Positions 1-12,266 of a DNA stretch of 64,000 bases are shown one piece after another; position 1 is the stretch's first letter; each line of letters begins with the position of its first letter. A model generated the notes under the pieces. It searched no databases. It was not told the origin of the DNA and saw only the letters and a program-made list of their open reading frames with translations. The position numbers were made by a program, and so were the translations under genes. The DNA is from Bilabrum cf. latius (Eukaryota): contig OZ237738.1 of the NCBI GenBank assembly GCA_965178125.1, forward strand, positions 1,426,001 through 1,490,000, in the 5' to 3' direction.

Positions 1-1752
1 ATTCGTCGATGCCGTCTATTTCCTCGTCTTCGTCGCCTTCGTCCTCATCCTCACCACCATTCATGAGATGATCCCGGCTTCGTTTCTATGCAAGCAAAGA
101 TTGGCGCCTGCCTAGCCTTGAGGCAGAGACGATGCCTCGACTTGGCCGTGTGCCATCACTGCCGGGTCCGATTTGGCGATGGCTGCCCCTATGATCGGAT
201 GGAGAGCTAGGAAGCATCAATGGGACATCAGCATCGTCCATGCTGCCAAGTCCTAGTGCATCCTGGGTGTCCTCCATCACCATGGTGCCTCCTGCGTACA
301 TGTCTGCCTCCCCGCTGACGTCCTACTCGAGGCCCATGCCAGAATCGGCCGCTTCAGCACCATCCTACTGGGAGCCTCTCAGCGATGTTGCCCTACCGCT
401 CTATGGAATAGCCTCATCGTTCGCTCTATCGGCATCGTTCGCGCCGTTCGCGGCTGAGGATGAGCTACTGCTGCACGCGGTGCCAGCTGGACCGGCCTTG
501 CCAGTGGCGGCCTACTGGCTGTCATGCTCTTGTTCGTTGTCATCGCCCGCGGCTTCCAAAGCTTGCGATGAGAGCCCAACATCAGGAATAGCTTGCGTCG
601 GAGCGGTGGCAATGTCGCCGTACGCCTGAGTGGGAGCAGTGGCAACCGGCATGGTCTGAGCCGTCTGGCCTCCAGAGGACGAAGACGTAGATGACCCGCC
701 CCGCGACGACCCCGACGCCACTCCCTCCTGCGCGTCCCAGTGGCGACCACCCGCAGCAGAGGGGTTGTTCTAGCCGTTTCCATCCACGGCACCTGCAGCT
801 ACGTCGGCCGGGAGGACCTGCGTGGCATCATCATCATCGTCGTCTGCGTCTGCGTCCCAGGAGACCTCCCTCACTGCCTCTGCAGCGTCCTGTGCTTGCA
901 CAGCTAGCGCGGCATCGTCTTGGGATCCTTCTGCAGGCCTGCCGTCGGCATTAGCTGCGGCTGCGGCTGAGCTGCTCGACGAGGCGGCACTACTACTGCC
1001 GCTATTGCTCGCTGCCTGCGCATCCACTTGCGAGGCTGGTGCAGACTGGGACGGGAGAGCGTCGAGCGCCTTGGCGACCGCAGAATCGGCTCTCGCGAGC
1101 ATCTGGCTGCCGACTCCGGACGTGTCGGCTGAGCCCGAGCTGGAAGCCTCACTTCTTGGGCTGGATGCAGGCTTGGGCGACTGCGCAGCCGCCGCTGATG
1201 CTGCTGTGGCCGGAACATGCGCGCCCTTCCCTTGATTCTCGCGTGGTGATGGCACCCCTATTGAAGACTGCGGAAGGTCAATAGCACCAATTCCCTTGCT
1301 CTTGGCGTTACTGCCGCCCGCACCTCCACCCACCGCCTCTTGAACTGTCTTTCCTCCTAGCACTGCCATGAGCTCTTCGGTTGAGGCTCCATCCTCATCG
1401 TCCCCAGTGTCGCGCAGCATGTCCTCTTGCTCCACCATGTCATCTTCTTCATCGTCATCATCATCGTCCTCGTCTAGGATACCATCTTGCGTGTTGTGGA
1501 CAGCAACTACTGTTCCTCTTTCCTTATCGGCTCCTTCATGCTGGCCCGCTGACCGCTCCACCTCGTCCCCGCCCTCCATGGGCACCTGGCCCGCTGCTGC
1601 TTCCGGAGTGCCACGGCCCGTTGCTCCCGGTGGCTCATCCCCCGGGTCAGTTTCAGCGTCAGTACTATCTCCATCGTCGTCTCCATCGCCGTCCGCATCA
1701 GTGTCCCCGGACTGCATGGGCGCCTGCTGAGCGGCAGCCGCGCTGCTGCTGC

Positions 1753-1787
<35 letters not shown>

Positions 1788-2509
1788 GTCGCAGGCGCGG
1801 GTTCAGGTGCGCCAGAGAGAGTTAAAGTGCTTTCTTGTGCTTTCCCAGGCCCGGCGCCGTCGGTACTCCCAGACGAGAGCTGGCCGAGTTGCATAGCAAC
1901 GTCGATGGAATCGGTAGCGAGGACCTGCTCCTCTGTCAGCAGCGGCCTCACTTTTTCGCTCTCAGCGGATGCTGCCTCTGAAGAAATCCCATCTGGCAGT
2001 GGGCATCCGTTGAGTACCAGACGGACAACGAGGGTTCCGGCCTGGATCCTGCCATACTGAGGACAAGCTGCACCGGTGGAGCCGCTAGGCACCTCAAGCC
2101 TTCCGCCGCCGGGCGTGGCAACGATCACCCGATTAGTGGCACCTTCCCTAGTTTGAACAAGCATCCCTCCGCCAAATCCAGGAACTGGCGCCAAAACGAA
2201 ATGCTGTGAAGACAAAGACCCATTCGGTAGTCGAATGTTGATGCTCTCGGAGCTTGAGCCGTGCAGCCATGGGGTCACCTGTGTCTCAGATTCTGTTAGA
2301 GCTGTAGCACTCTATCGTTCGAATATGTACTTGCACCCTGAACGCAGTGGAATGCTAGGAATAACACTATCAGAGGATCCGCTGCCGCGAAGCAAACGAA
2401 TGTGACCGATTACAGCACTAGCCTTCGCTGGATCAGACCGTGCAGGAAGTGACGGCTGCGTTTCCATATCATCTAATAAGAAATCGTCGTCAACTGCCTG
2501 AGTAGCCAT
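1..2509 (-). CDS. FHA-domain protein with long acidic/TQ-rich disordered region (MDC1-like architecture), 3' partial
   Basis: ORFs 2312..2509, 770..2278, 512..721 and 86..301 share one frame and are separated only by TAG (7 in-frame TAGs). The frame stays open to base 1. It has an FHA-like segment 'SINIRLPNGSLSSQHFVL...GATNRVIV' and repeated ATQ/ETQ/PTQ/DTQ motifs. A short intron near 2280-2335 is possible. Confidence 0.6.
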
Positions 2510-2619
2510 ATTTTGAGTTGTAAGCTACAGGTGAGCATTTCGATCCGCAAGTGAGTCCCAAACAGCACGTTATATTTGAATAGCTGCAACTGGCGGCGAT
2601 TTAGCAGTATACAGCGGCC

Positions 2620-5600
2620 ATGGCAACTTAGTCGTCCACAATGCATGGTATACGGGTTCTATAGCTAGCCAGTGCGGGGGAAAGCGCGTTTTGCTGCGCT
2701 CTACAGGTCCGTAGCTAGCATTTACTCCTAGATTGCGGGTGGTCCGAGGGTCTTGCGCATGTGTCTCGCCCAAAGTTTAATCTGTGGGTGTTTCTCAATG
2801 CTGAAAGAAACATACTCGCGGTCTTCAGTTTGCCGTTTAACTTGACTGCGAGTTTAAATCGCTCAAAACTCCTCACCGCAGACTACCAAGTGCTCCAGAG
2901 GCTGTGTTGGTGTCCCATGGGACTTTGGATCATGTCGGAGCTCTGCCAGAGTTTGTGAAGAGAAATAATGGGAAGTACATGGTCCTGATGACGCGCCCAG
3001 TGCACAAGCAAGCACGTGTGAGTTGTTGCAGCGGGTTGCGTACTGCAAACTAGATCGATTCCGTGATTTTGGATGGCTGGTTCTCCCGCCCATAGTCTGC
3101 ATTCCTCCGCAGCTGGCTTTATACGAGCTCGCGCTTTCTCATCGTTCCGTTGGAAGCCCCAGCAACGTGTCTCTGGAGGACGTCGACCGCTGCCTGCGCA
3201 CCACGGCCCAGGGCGGCCCCGTGCGGCTGCTGTCGGTCGGCGAGGAGGTCCGGTGCGGGGCATCCACGCTAGTGCCGCACAGGGCCGGACGCACGTTGGG
3301 CGGGTGCGTGTGGCGGATCACCGCCGGGGAGCACACGGTGGTGTACGCCCCGGACTTCAGTCCCAGGAACGAGTCGGCCGTGGACCGCTGCGTCCTGCCC
3401 TCCGAGGGGGCCGGGGGGCTCTTCGGGAGGGCCGCACTCGTCATCACTGCGGCCTTCCCCAGGTGCAGCGATGCGGTGGCTGCCATACAGCAAGCAAGCG
3501 GCACTGGGGGCGACTAGAAGCAACAGGCGACAGGGGCGGGCTCTCAGGACAACTCGTCCGCATCCACGGGACCAGGCGAAGTAGACAGGGAAGACACGAA
3601 ACCGCCGACCCTGCCCCGCCCATCCAGCACCAGCACCAGCACCAGCACTAGCACTACCTTCAATCGCAGTCGTCACACCCCACCATCAGCCTACGTGCCC
3701 TCTCTAGTCCGCGACAGCGACCTGGCCTCCAGCGTGAGGCGGGTCCTGCGGCGGGGCGGAGACGCCCTCGTGCCCCTGGAGACCGCCTCCCGTGGGGTGG
3801 AGGTGCTTCGGAGGCTGCACGAGGACTGGGACGGGCGCTACAGCCTGGTGGCCCTCGGCAGGCTCAGCAAGCATGCCACGAGGTACGCTGCGCTGCACCT
3901 TGAGTGCGCCGCGCGCGACCTGGCCAACCAGTTCAACGAGACGAGGAAGAACCCCTTCGCCCTGCCACAGGTGAGGCACGTGGCCTCCGTGGAGGAGCTC
4001 AAGAACGTTCCTCGGCCCATGGCCATCGTGGCATCGTGGCCCAGCTTGGACAGGGGATCGGCCCACCGGCTGCTGCCCGCCATCCTGCCCAACCAAGCCA
4101 GCTGCATCTTCCTCACCGAGCCGCCCAGGCCGGGCACGACCGCGGCGGTGCTGGCGACGCTGCCCCGCCCCGCCGAACTGGTCATGCTGCGGCGGTTCAG
4201 GAGGCGGCGCACGGCCAGGGAACAAGAGGAGCACAGGGCGGAGATGGCCAGGGCCAGGGCGGCGAGGGAGGCGGCGGCCACGCGAGAGGCCGCGGAGCGG
4301 GCGCTGCAGAGCTCGTTGAATGCGGCAGACGCAGAGGGCGACACTGGTGACGGTCAGACCGACAAGGGGGCGCGGGAGGGTGCCAGCGGTGGGGTAGGGA
4401 ACAGCGGCAGCGGTGCCGCGGCGGGTTCGACTGGAGCTCCAAGTCGGGGGCCGGGCAGGTACCAGCGCGCGCGCCTGCGACTCTGCGTGCGGTATGGGGT
4501 GCTTCCCCACGATGACAAGGCTCCCAGGGCGGAGGACGGGGACGACTACGGGATCCCTGCGGATGTTTCCTGGTTTGAGGGGCTGCCCAAGGGGGAAGAG
4601 GTCACGGGGAGGTCGGGGGCGGAGGCAGTGGTGGCGCAGGACATGTCGGACAAGACGGCAGCCGACGAGGCCGCGCTGGCGCTGAGATCGGAGGCGGCTG
4701 GCGGGGCCGAGAGCGGGGCGGCCGACCGGCTGGATCGGGCGACGGAGGCTGCTGCGGGGGAGATCGCCGGGGACAAGGTGGGCGGGGGCGCCTCGGGCCA
4801 GGGAACAAGCGGGGGGAGAGCCGGCGACGACGACGGCACAGTAGTGGACCTGTCGCCCATGCGGGTGGTGGCCCGATGCGACGTTGCCCTGGTGGAGCTC
4901 TCGGGGCGCGCGGACGCATCCTCCATCGCGGCGATCCTGGAGAACACGCAGGCACAGCGGGTGGCGTTTGTGGGTGGTGCCCGCAGGTCTGCGGAAGCCG
5001 CCATCCAGCAAATGTCCACCTCGGGTGCCGCCAGGCTGCAAGCGGCCAGGTGGCTGGCAGCGGGGGAGTCCATCCAGTGCGCCGCCCCCCAGCTGCGCAT
5101 CGAGGCGCACATCCACCCGAGCCTGCAGAGGCCGGATACCGCCAGCAGGTCCGGCGGGATCGGGCTGATGCCCGTTGAAGCTGACCTCCTGGTTGACGTG
5201 GGCCAGCGGTCGGCGGGACCCGGGGCGAAGCGCAAGCGGGAGGTGCACCTGGTACCGTCCACGCGTCCCACGTCGGGCAGGGTGCCCGTTCTGCTGGGCT
5301 CCAGGGCGCCCACGGTGGCCACCGTCGGGCGCAAGCTCGACAGGGCGGGTTTGGTGGCGCGGCTCGTCGACGGGGCCATACACGTTTGGGCCCAGGAGAG
5401 CAGCGGCTCGGCTAGCAAGGCCGGAAGTGTAATGGGTACCGATGTGACGAGTGGTCCTCCACTCGCGGTGGTCCGCGTTGTTCCCTAGAGGGAGGTGGGG
5501 CGCGCCCGTAAGCGGATCAGGTCCGAAGCGCGAGCCGCCCGGGAGGCCCTGGAGCTAGCAGCCGCAGAGGACGCGGCTGACGCGCAGGAGGCCATGGTGG

Positions 5601-5941
5601 ACGAGGGAGGCAGCAGCGAGGACGGAACAGGAGCGGGTAGTAAAACTGGCGCGAGAGCCAGGCACCGCCCGGAGGCGGTCGAAGCTTAGGACAAGCTGGC
5701 TAGAGCCGCTGGTGCCATATCGCGCGAGCCGTGGCTGGCGACTCCCGCTGCCCTGGCTGAGGGAGAGCACGATACCCTGGTGCTGATGGGGGACGCCCCG
5801 CCCGTGCCCCGCTCCGATGCCGCTCTGGTGGAAGGCTCCACTGCGGCGGGTGAGTTCAGCGTGGTGATGGCAGAGGGCAGGCCGGGGCCCGTGCTGGACC
5901 AGGTGCGGAGGGTGCTGGCGGGCATGTTCGTGCAGGGGTGA
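2620..5941 (+). CDS. CPSF2: Cleavage and polyadenylation specificity factor subunit 2 (CPSF100)
   Basis: Exon 1 from ATG 2620 reads 'MAT*SSTMHGIRVL*LASAG...VRS*HLLLDCGW'. Exon 2 reads 'EAVLVSHGTLDHVGALP'. Later motifs are 'AGRTLGGCVWRI', 'VVYAPDF', 'GGDALVP' and 'ELSGRAD', and the C-terminus is 'AEGRPGPVLDQVRRVLAGMFVQG' TGA. Introns lie at ~2763-2881 (donor uncertain) and 3018-3112. There are six in-frame TAGs. Confidence 0.9.
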
Positions 5942-6050
5942 GGAGGGTGCTGGCGGGCATGTTCGTGCAGGGGTGAGGAGGGTGCTGGCGGGCATGTTCG
6001 TGCAGGGGTGAGGAGGGTGCTGGCGGGCATGTTCGTGCAGGGGTGAGGAG
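5907..6050 (+). repeat. Perfect 35-bp tandem repeat x4 spanning the CPSF2 stop codon
   Basis: The unit GGAGGGTGCTGGCGGGCATGTTCGTGCAGGGGTGA starts at 5907, 5942, 5977 and 6012, with no spacers. Confidence 0.95.
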
Positions 6051-6264
6051 CGAGGGGCGCGGCTGTCCGGCTGCATTCAGTACGCGTGCACGTATATCTG
6101 AGTCGGTAGTGAAGCACGTATCCGGTTACCGGTATATATGTATATATCACTCACACATTCGGGCCCCGCGCCCCAGGCTAGCAGCGCTCCGTGCAACCCA
6201 CGAGAGGGGCCGCCAGTCCGGCTCGCTCCCAATCCACGTGCAGGCACACATGCGCTGGCCACCA

Positions 6265-8077
6265 TCACCAAGCCCCCAACGCCGCCGCCTTTGAGTCCGC
6301 CATTCGCTTCATGGCCGCCTTCGCGGACCGCTCCATGGGCCGCAGGAAGGTCCTCTCGAAACCGTCAAGGAATGGCTGCAGGGCTGTACCCTTGCCGCCC
6401 GTGGCGGCCGCGGCGGCAGCCTTGGAGGAAGAGGAGCTGGCGGCACCTGACGAAGAGGAGGAGGCTGCGGCCCCGCTGGCCTTCTCCCCCGCCGCTGCGG
6501 CCTCCTGACAGAGCTCAGCAATGGTGGGCACGTCGAAAGGGTCAAAGTCGTCGCACTTGGATGGCTCGATGGGCACGCAGACCCGCCCCGTCTTGGGGTG
6601 TACCACGAAGGGCGACTTGAGGAGATGGTTCATGTGCGTGGACACGTTGACGTCCAGTCGGGGGAAGGTCAGCAAGAAGACCAGACGGGGGACGGACTTC
6701 TGGAGGTCCTGCACCTTGCCGGCATACCTCCTCGCGTCACTGGGAGTCTTTGTGAGCGCCTTGATGGCATTCGACACTCCCTGCTTTAGGATGTCCCAGC
6801 GCCTTGCAGGGGTGATCTTGGAGCCGGCTTTCTGCCATGCCTCCCGAATGGCCTTCTTGAGCTCCACCCCGGGCACCTCCAGGTCGGGCAGCATGGCTAG
6901 GATCTTCTCCCTGAGCTCCTTGCTCTCGTCCGACAGGTATCCCTGGCCGCCCTTTGAGGCCCCCGGTGCGATCTTCTCCACGAACATCTGCTCGAGGTCC
7001 TCCAGGGCGCGCTGCATGGCGGGGTGCAGCGGCCAGGTCAGGTGGCAGGAGCCCAGGGGGTTCTCCTTCGTGCCCGCCGTGACGGCGCTGAAGTAGTTCA
7101 CCACGGCCGTCCTGCCCTCGTCCGACAGCGCCCTCGCTGCCTTGTCGCACACCCAGCAATGGATACCACGCCGCCCTGAATACACCCAGAAGATCTGCCT
7201 GAATCCGAAGTCCTCCCTCAGGCCCCTGTCCACCACCTTGAGCGCAACGGTCATGAATGGCCAGCACCGAGGGCAGATCTTGGCCCCCGAGCAGCAGGTC
7301 CTGATGTCGTCGTAGTCCGTGAGATCCACGTCGAAGACCAGCTCGCGCTCCACGGGGAAGAACGCCTCCTTCTTCACGCTCTCGTGCCGAGAGGGCGCCA
7401 TGGAGAAGACGGCCCCAATGTCGATCTTCTTTGGGTTCTTGGCCTGGATCTGGCGCTTCATGTCGGCCTCGTCCTTGAAGCTCAGGTAGCGGATGTACAC
7501 CTCATCCTCCATCGTGTCTCCCACCGTGAAGGAAATCTCACGCCTGGACATGTATGCTTTCTGCACCGCGGGGTCTTCTGAGTGCGGGTCTGCGGACAAC
7601 GCAAGAGTGCGAGCGAAAGAGTGTGCAGAAGGTGAGGCGACCAAGTCACAGGTTGCGAGACAGCACGCAGCGGCAAAGCGGGTCTCACCCTGGCAGTACG
7701 AAAGCCATCGAAACATATGACGATACGGAAACACTTTCTGGTAGTATATTCTGAGCAGAGCCGGGTTGTAGGTACCGACAAGAGCTGCTGCTTTCTCCGC
7801 CCTGGTGAGCTCGCGCTCTTCCGTAGCTCCATATGCCTTGGCCGGGGTTCCGACCGATGAGCCAGCACCAGATGATGCTGGGACTGTGCTCGAGTCGGGC
7901 GCCTTTCTCTTTCGACCTGCGAAACAGACAGCCCAGAACGACCATTGCAAGATTCAAAACAGCGAATCAACCATAATCACGGGATCACCGAGAAAAATCT
8001 CCGCAGTTCCTTGTATATGAAAACATACCTGCTAGTGGAAGCGATGGGGAGGTCACTGGATCCTACAGGGCTTGCAT
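6265..8077 (-). CDS. PRIM1: DNA primase small (catalytic) subunit
   Basis: Motifs 'REISFT', 'KIDIGAV', 'ERELVFDVDLTDYD', 'YSGRRGIHCW', 'PRLDVNVS' and 'HLLKSPFVVHPKTG'. Introns at 7590-7688 and 7917-8028. The proposed exon 1 'MQAL*DPVTSPSLPLA' contains a TAG at 8063-8065. Ends TGA. Confidence 0.93.
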
Positions 8078-8199
8078 CCTTGGGTAGAGTTGCTCTTGGG
8101 ATTCTTTTTGAATTGAATCTGGTATTAGTGTGCGGGGACTGGAATAGCACGTCACAACTCCAGAATGCCACGTCGGCCGAAAGCACAGTCTTTGTGACT

Positions 8200-11100
8200 A
8201 TGCTGCGCAATGCTCGGCATCTTAAACGAAGCACCATTAAAATTCTTGGGCTGTAGCACCAGCTACGCCAGTCATTGGGCGGAGGTACCTTGATTTGGCA
8301 GCCACAAGTACGATAGTTCTGGTGGCGATCAGATGGCGGCAACGATGGGAAGAACGGGGATGGAAAGAATGCTTCTAAGGAGGAATCAACGCAATCAAAT
8401 GATACCGTGAGCTGTTCTGCTTTAGGGCGCCGCTCAAACTTGCGTGCGATCGCAACCGCTTCCTTTGCAGCCGTTGCCACGTCCTTGACTATTCGGTTGG
8501 TCGGGCATGGGAAGTAGGATGGTCGGGTGAATAGTGCTGGCAACACAGACAAATATTTCTATCTCTTGTGACTTGACTACTCGCAGAAGCCAAGCACGAA
8601 GCCGAGCAGTGCCACGTCTATCCCACAAGCAAAGCCAGCAGATGCTTCGCCACGCTTTCCGCGAGGCTCTGGTCTGCGAGCAGCCGCGGCGCCAGGCCCA
8701 GAATCACCAGATAGTTCCAATAACTCCAGTAATTCCAGCGAATAGTCGTCGAGTGGCTCAGGAAACGATAGCGACGGCGGGGGCTCGGGCGGGAGCTCGA
8801 GCGGCTCTGGCGCCGTGGCCCGCAAGGGCATCGGCGAGCAGGCCCCCAAGCCCCCCCAGGTTCTGGCCCTGCCGCTGCGACGCCCATGCATGCCCTGGTT
8901 CCTTTCATAGATGTACACGTCTGATCCCAGGCTGGTCCAGGCGCTCACCGCCACCAAGGCCTCCCAGGTCCCGTACGTCGGACTGTTCATGGAGAAGCCA
9001 GGCGTGCCCGGGGCCGGTCCCGGGGACGAGGGGGGCGACACTGGCGAGATCTCCACGCAGGCGTTGCCCCTGAATCGACTGCACGACGTGGGCACGCTTG
9101 GCTCCCTGCAGACCCTGCAGTCCACTCCTGACGGGGGCGTGGTGGCTTGGTTCCTCGCCCACAGGCGCATCCGGGTGCTGGACGCGGTGCGGGAGGACAA
9201 GCTGCCTCCTCTCGTGAACGTGCACCACGTGCAGCAGAGGATGGCCGAGGCGCAGGACGTGAAGGTGAAGGCCCTGTCGAACGAGATCGTGTCCACCATC
9301 CGCAGCGTGGTCAGGCTCAACCCCATGTTCAAGGAGCAGATGCAGTACATCACCCACAGGGTGGAGATACACGACCCGTACAGGCTGGCGGACTTTGCCA
9401 CCAGCACGACGAGCGCCGACCCCGAGGACGTGCAGCGCGTGCTGGAGACGGAGTCCCTGGAGGAGAGGCTGCACCTTGCCCTGCAGCTGCTGCGCAAGGA
9501 GGAAGAGCTCTCGAGGGTGCAGCAGCAGATCGCGTCCAAGGTGGACGAGACCATGAAGGAGCAGCAGCGCAAGTACTTCCTCAACGAGCAGCTCAAGACG
9601 ATCAAGCGCGAGCTGGGCATGGAGAAGGACGACAAGGACGCTTTGGTGCAGAAGTTCAAGGAGAAAGCAGAGGAGGTCGACATGCCCGCGACCGCCAGAG
9701 AGGTCTTTGACGAGGAGATCGACAAGCTGGCGGTGCTCGAGAGGAACTCGTCCGAGTTCAACGTGACCAGGTCATACCTCGAGTGGCTGACCTCCATCCC
9801 GTGGGGTGTCTACTCCGAGGACAACTTCGACATCGAGAGGGCGAGGGGCGTCCTGGACGACGACCACTTCGGGATGAAGGACGTCAAGGAGAGGATCCTG
9901 GAGTTTATCGCAGTGGGCAAGCTCAGGGGCTCCGTGCAGGGAAAGATCATGACGCTGGCGGGGCCTCCCGGGGTAGGCAAGACATCGATCGGGCAGAGCG
10001 TGGCGAAAGCCCTCGGCAGGGAGTTCTACAGGTTCAGCGTGGGCGGGCTCACGGACGTGGCGGAGATCAAGGGGCACAGGAGGACGTACGTGGGCGCCAT
10101 GCCGGGCAAGCTGATCCAGACCCTCAAGGCCACCAAGGTGAGCAACCCGCTGGTGCTCATCGACGAAGTGGACAAAGTGGGGCAGGCGGGGTACAGGGGC
10201 GACCCGTCAAGCGCTCTGCTGGAGCTGCTGGACCCGAGCCAGAACTCCACATTCATGGACCACTACCTGGACACGCCCGTGGATGCCTCCAAGGTGCTCT
10301 TCCTGTGCACCGCCAACGTCCTGGACACCATCCCGGGTCCCTTGCGGGACCGGATGGAGATCATCAATCTGAGTGGGTACGACGGCAACGAGAAGGTGGA
10401 GATCGCCAGGAGGTATCTGGAGCCCAAGACCCGCAGGGAGACGGGGCTTGAGGTCGGCGGGGAGGGCGTGCCGGACTCGCTCTTGCTGGACGAGAGCGCC
10501 ATCCGGTCACTCATCCGGTGGTACTGCCGCGAGTCCGGAGTGCGGAACCTGGAGAAGCACGTGGAGAAGGTGTACCGCAAGGCGGCTCTCAAGCTGGTGC
10601 AGGCGAGGGAGAAGGGGCTCAGGGAGCTGGGATGGTCTCAAGAGAGGATCACCAAGGTGGAGCAGGCAGCGCACAAGCGGGCAGAGGCCAAGGATGCCGC
10701 CAGGAAGAAGAAGGAAGACGAGGAGAAGAAGGCGAACGTGGTGGTGAGTGGGACATAGGGGCACGGGGACGGGAGCAGTGGCAGCGCTGAATCTGAATCT
10801 TCCTCCAAGGCTAGCGAATCTGTGGCTGCGGCTGCTACTGCTCCTGCTGCTGCTGAATCAGGAGACGAGGCGCAGCAGCAGTAGCCTGAAACCGAGGAGG
10901 AGGCGGCTGAGAGCGCCGACTCCAGCGTGGTTGACGCGGTGGGAGTTGCTAAGGACATCGAGGAGGAGGTAGTGGAGGCTGGGGAACAGCAGGGAAAGAG
11001 CGAGTAGGAGTAGGGGTAGGAGGATGCCCTCGTGTTCCCCGAGCACATCCCTGGCGTGCACGACAAGGATTGGACCATCACGAGCGATAACTTGGAGGAC

Positions 11101-12045
11101 TACGTGGGCAAGCGGGTCTTCACCTCGGACAGGATGTACCAGCAGCCGCCTCCCGGCGTGGTGATGGGCCTGGCCTACACGAGCATGGGCGGCGCGGCCC
11201 TGTACGTCGAGGTAACAACCACCTCGGAGCAGTGGGAGGGTCCCAAGGACGGCAAGGGCAAGGGCGAGGGCAAGGAGGGCGAGGGTGAGGGCAAGGACAA
11301 GGGTGAGGAGTCGGGCGGTGGAGGCGGCGGGAGGGCTGCACTGATGGTGACCGGCAAGATGGGGGATGTCATGCAGGAGTCTAGCAAGATCGCGCACACG
11401 TTTGCCCGGCGGTTCATCCGGCGGTACAAGGGCATCAAGGTCGCTGGGGAGGCTGGCTTCGACCATGAGGGCAACCCCCTGCCGACCAAGGGGGGGGTTG
11501 CTCCCTCGGATGCTGCGATCGAGGAGGAAAGGGAGTCTAGGCTGGGCGCTCTGGAGCGGTTCCAGCTGCACATGCACGTGCCCGAGGGAGCGACCCCCAA
11601 GGATGGCCCCAGCGCGGGGTGCACCATGGTCACGGCCCTGCTGTCGCTGTCCACCGGGGTGCCCGTGAGGTCTGACGTGGCCATGACGGGCGAGGTGACC
11701 CTCACTGGGAAGGTGCTTCCTGTGGGGGGCATCAGAGAGAAGAGCATGGCGGCCAAGAGGGCGGGGGTCACCTGCCTTGTGCTGCCAGAGGGGAACAGGA
11801 AGGACGTGGAGGAGCTGCCCGAGCACCTGACAGAGGGCATGCAGTTCCACTTCGCCAGCGAGTACAAGGACGTGTACGAGGTGGCCTTCGATCACGCGGA
11901 GCAGAGGCGCAGGGAGGCGGAGGGCAGGACGGACGAGGAGGCCGTGGGAGGGGGAGGGGCCAAGGGGACGGACGGGCCGGAGCGGTGGGCGGCGGGGTGG
12001 TCTGGTGGTGGATCGAGGCTGCATGAGGAGAGCAGGCTGATCTGA
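8200..12045 (+). CDS. LONP1: Mitochondrial Lon protease (~1,220 aa)
   Basis: Basic presequence-like N-terminus 'MLRNARHLKRSTIK' and an intron at 8407-8586. Lon-N 'VLALPLRRPCMP', Walker A 'GPPGVGKTS', 'IKGHRRTYVGAMPG', catalytic 'PKDGPSAG' and 'VGGIREK'. Nine in-frame TAGs, including a CAG CAG CAG TAG run at ~10873-10884. Ends TGA. Confidence 0.95.
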
Positions 12046-12266
12046 TGTTGGTTTGAATGGCATTGGCTGGATTGATGTGGATGTCCAAGGATTGCACAGC
12101 ACCGTGTCCATCCCATTTTCATCCCGTGTACCGACCCGAAGCAAGTTCTTGTGTTGCTCGCACTTCCGGTATTTGGTCAAGCCTGAAATTCAAGGCTTGA
12201 ATCGGGGCTCTTCTTGCACACGAGGGACAGCTTATTAGTGCCCAATAGGCCAAGTTGCTCATCGAT

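Noticed and set aside
5907-6050. CRISPR array
   Set aside because: The 35-bp units are directly adjacent with no spacers, and the genome is eukaryotic.
6080-6150. Short palindromes and a TA-rich tract between CPSF2 and PRIM1
   Set aside because: They are too short to distinguish from ordinary 3' UTR sequence of convergent genes.
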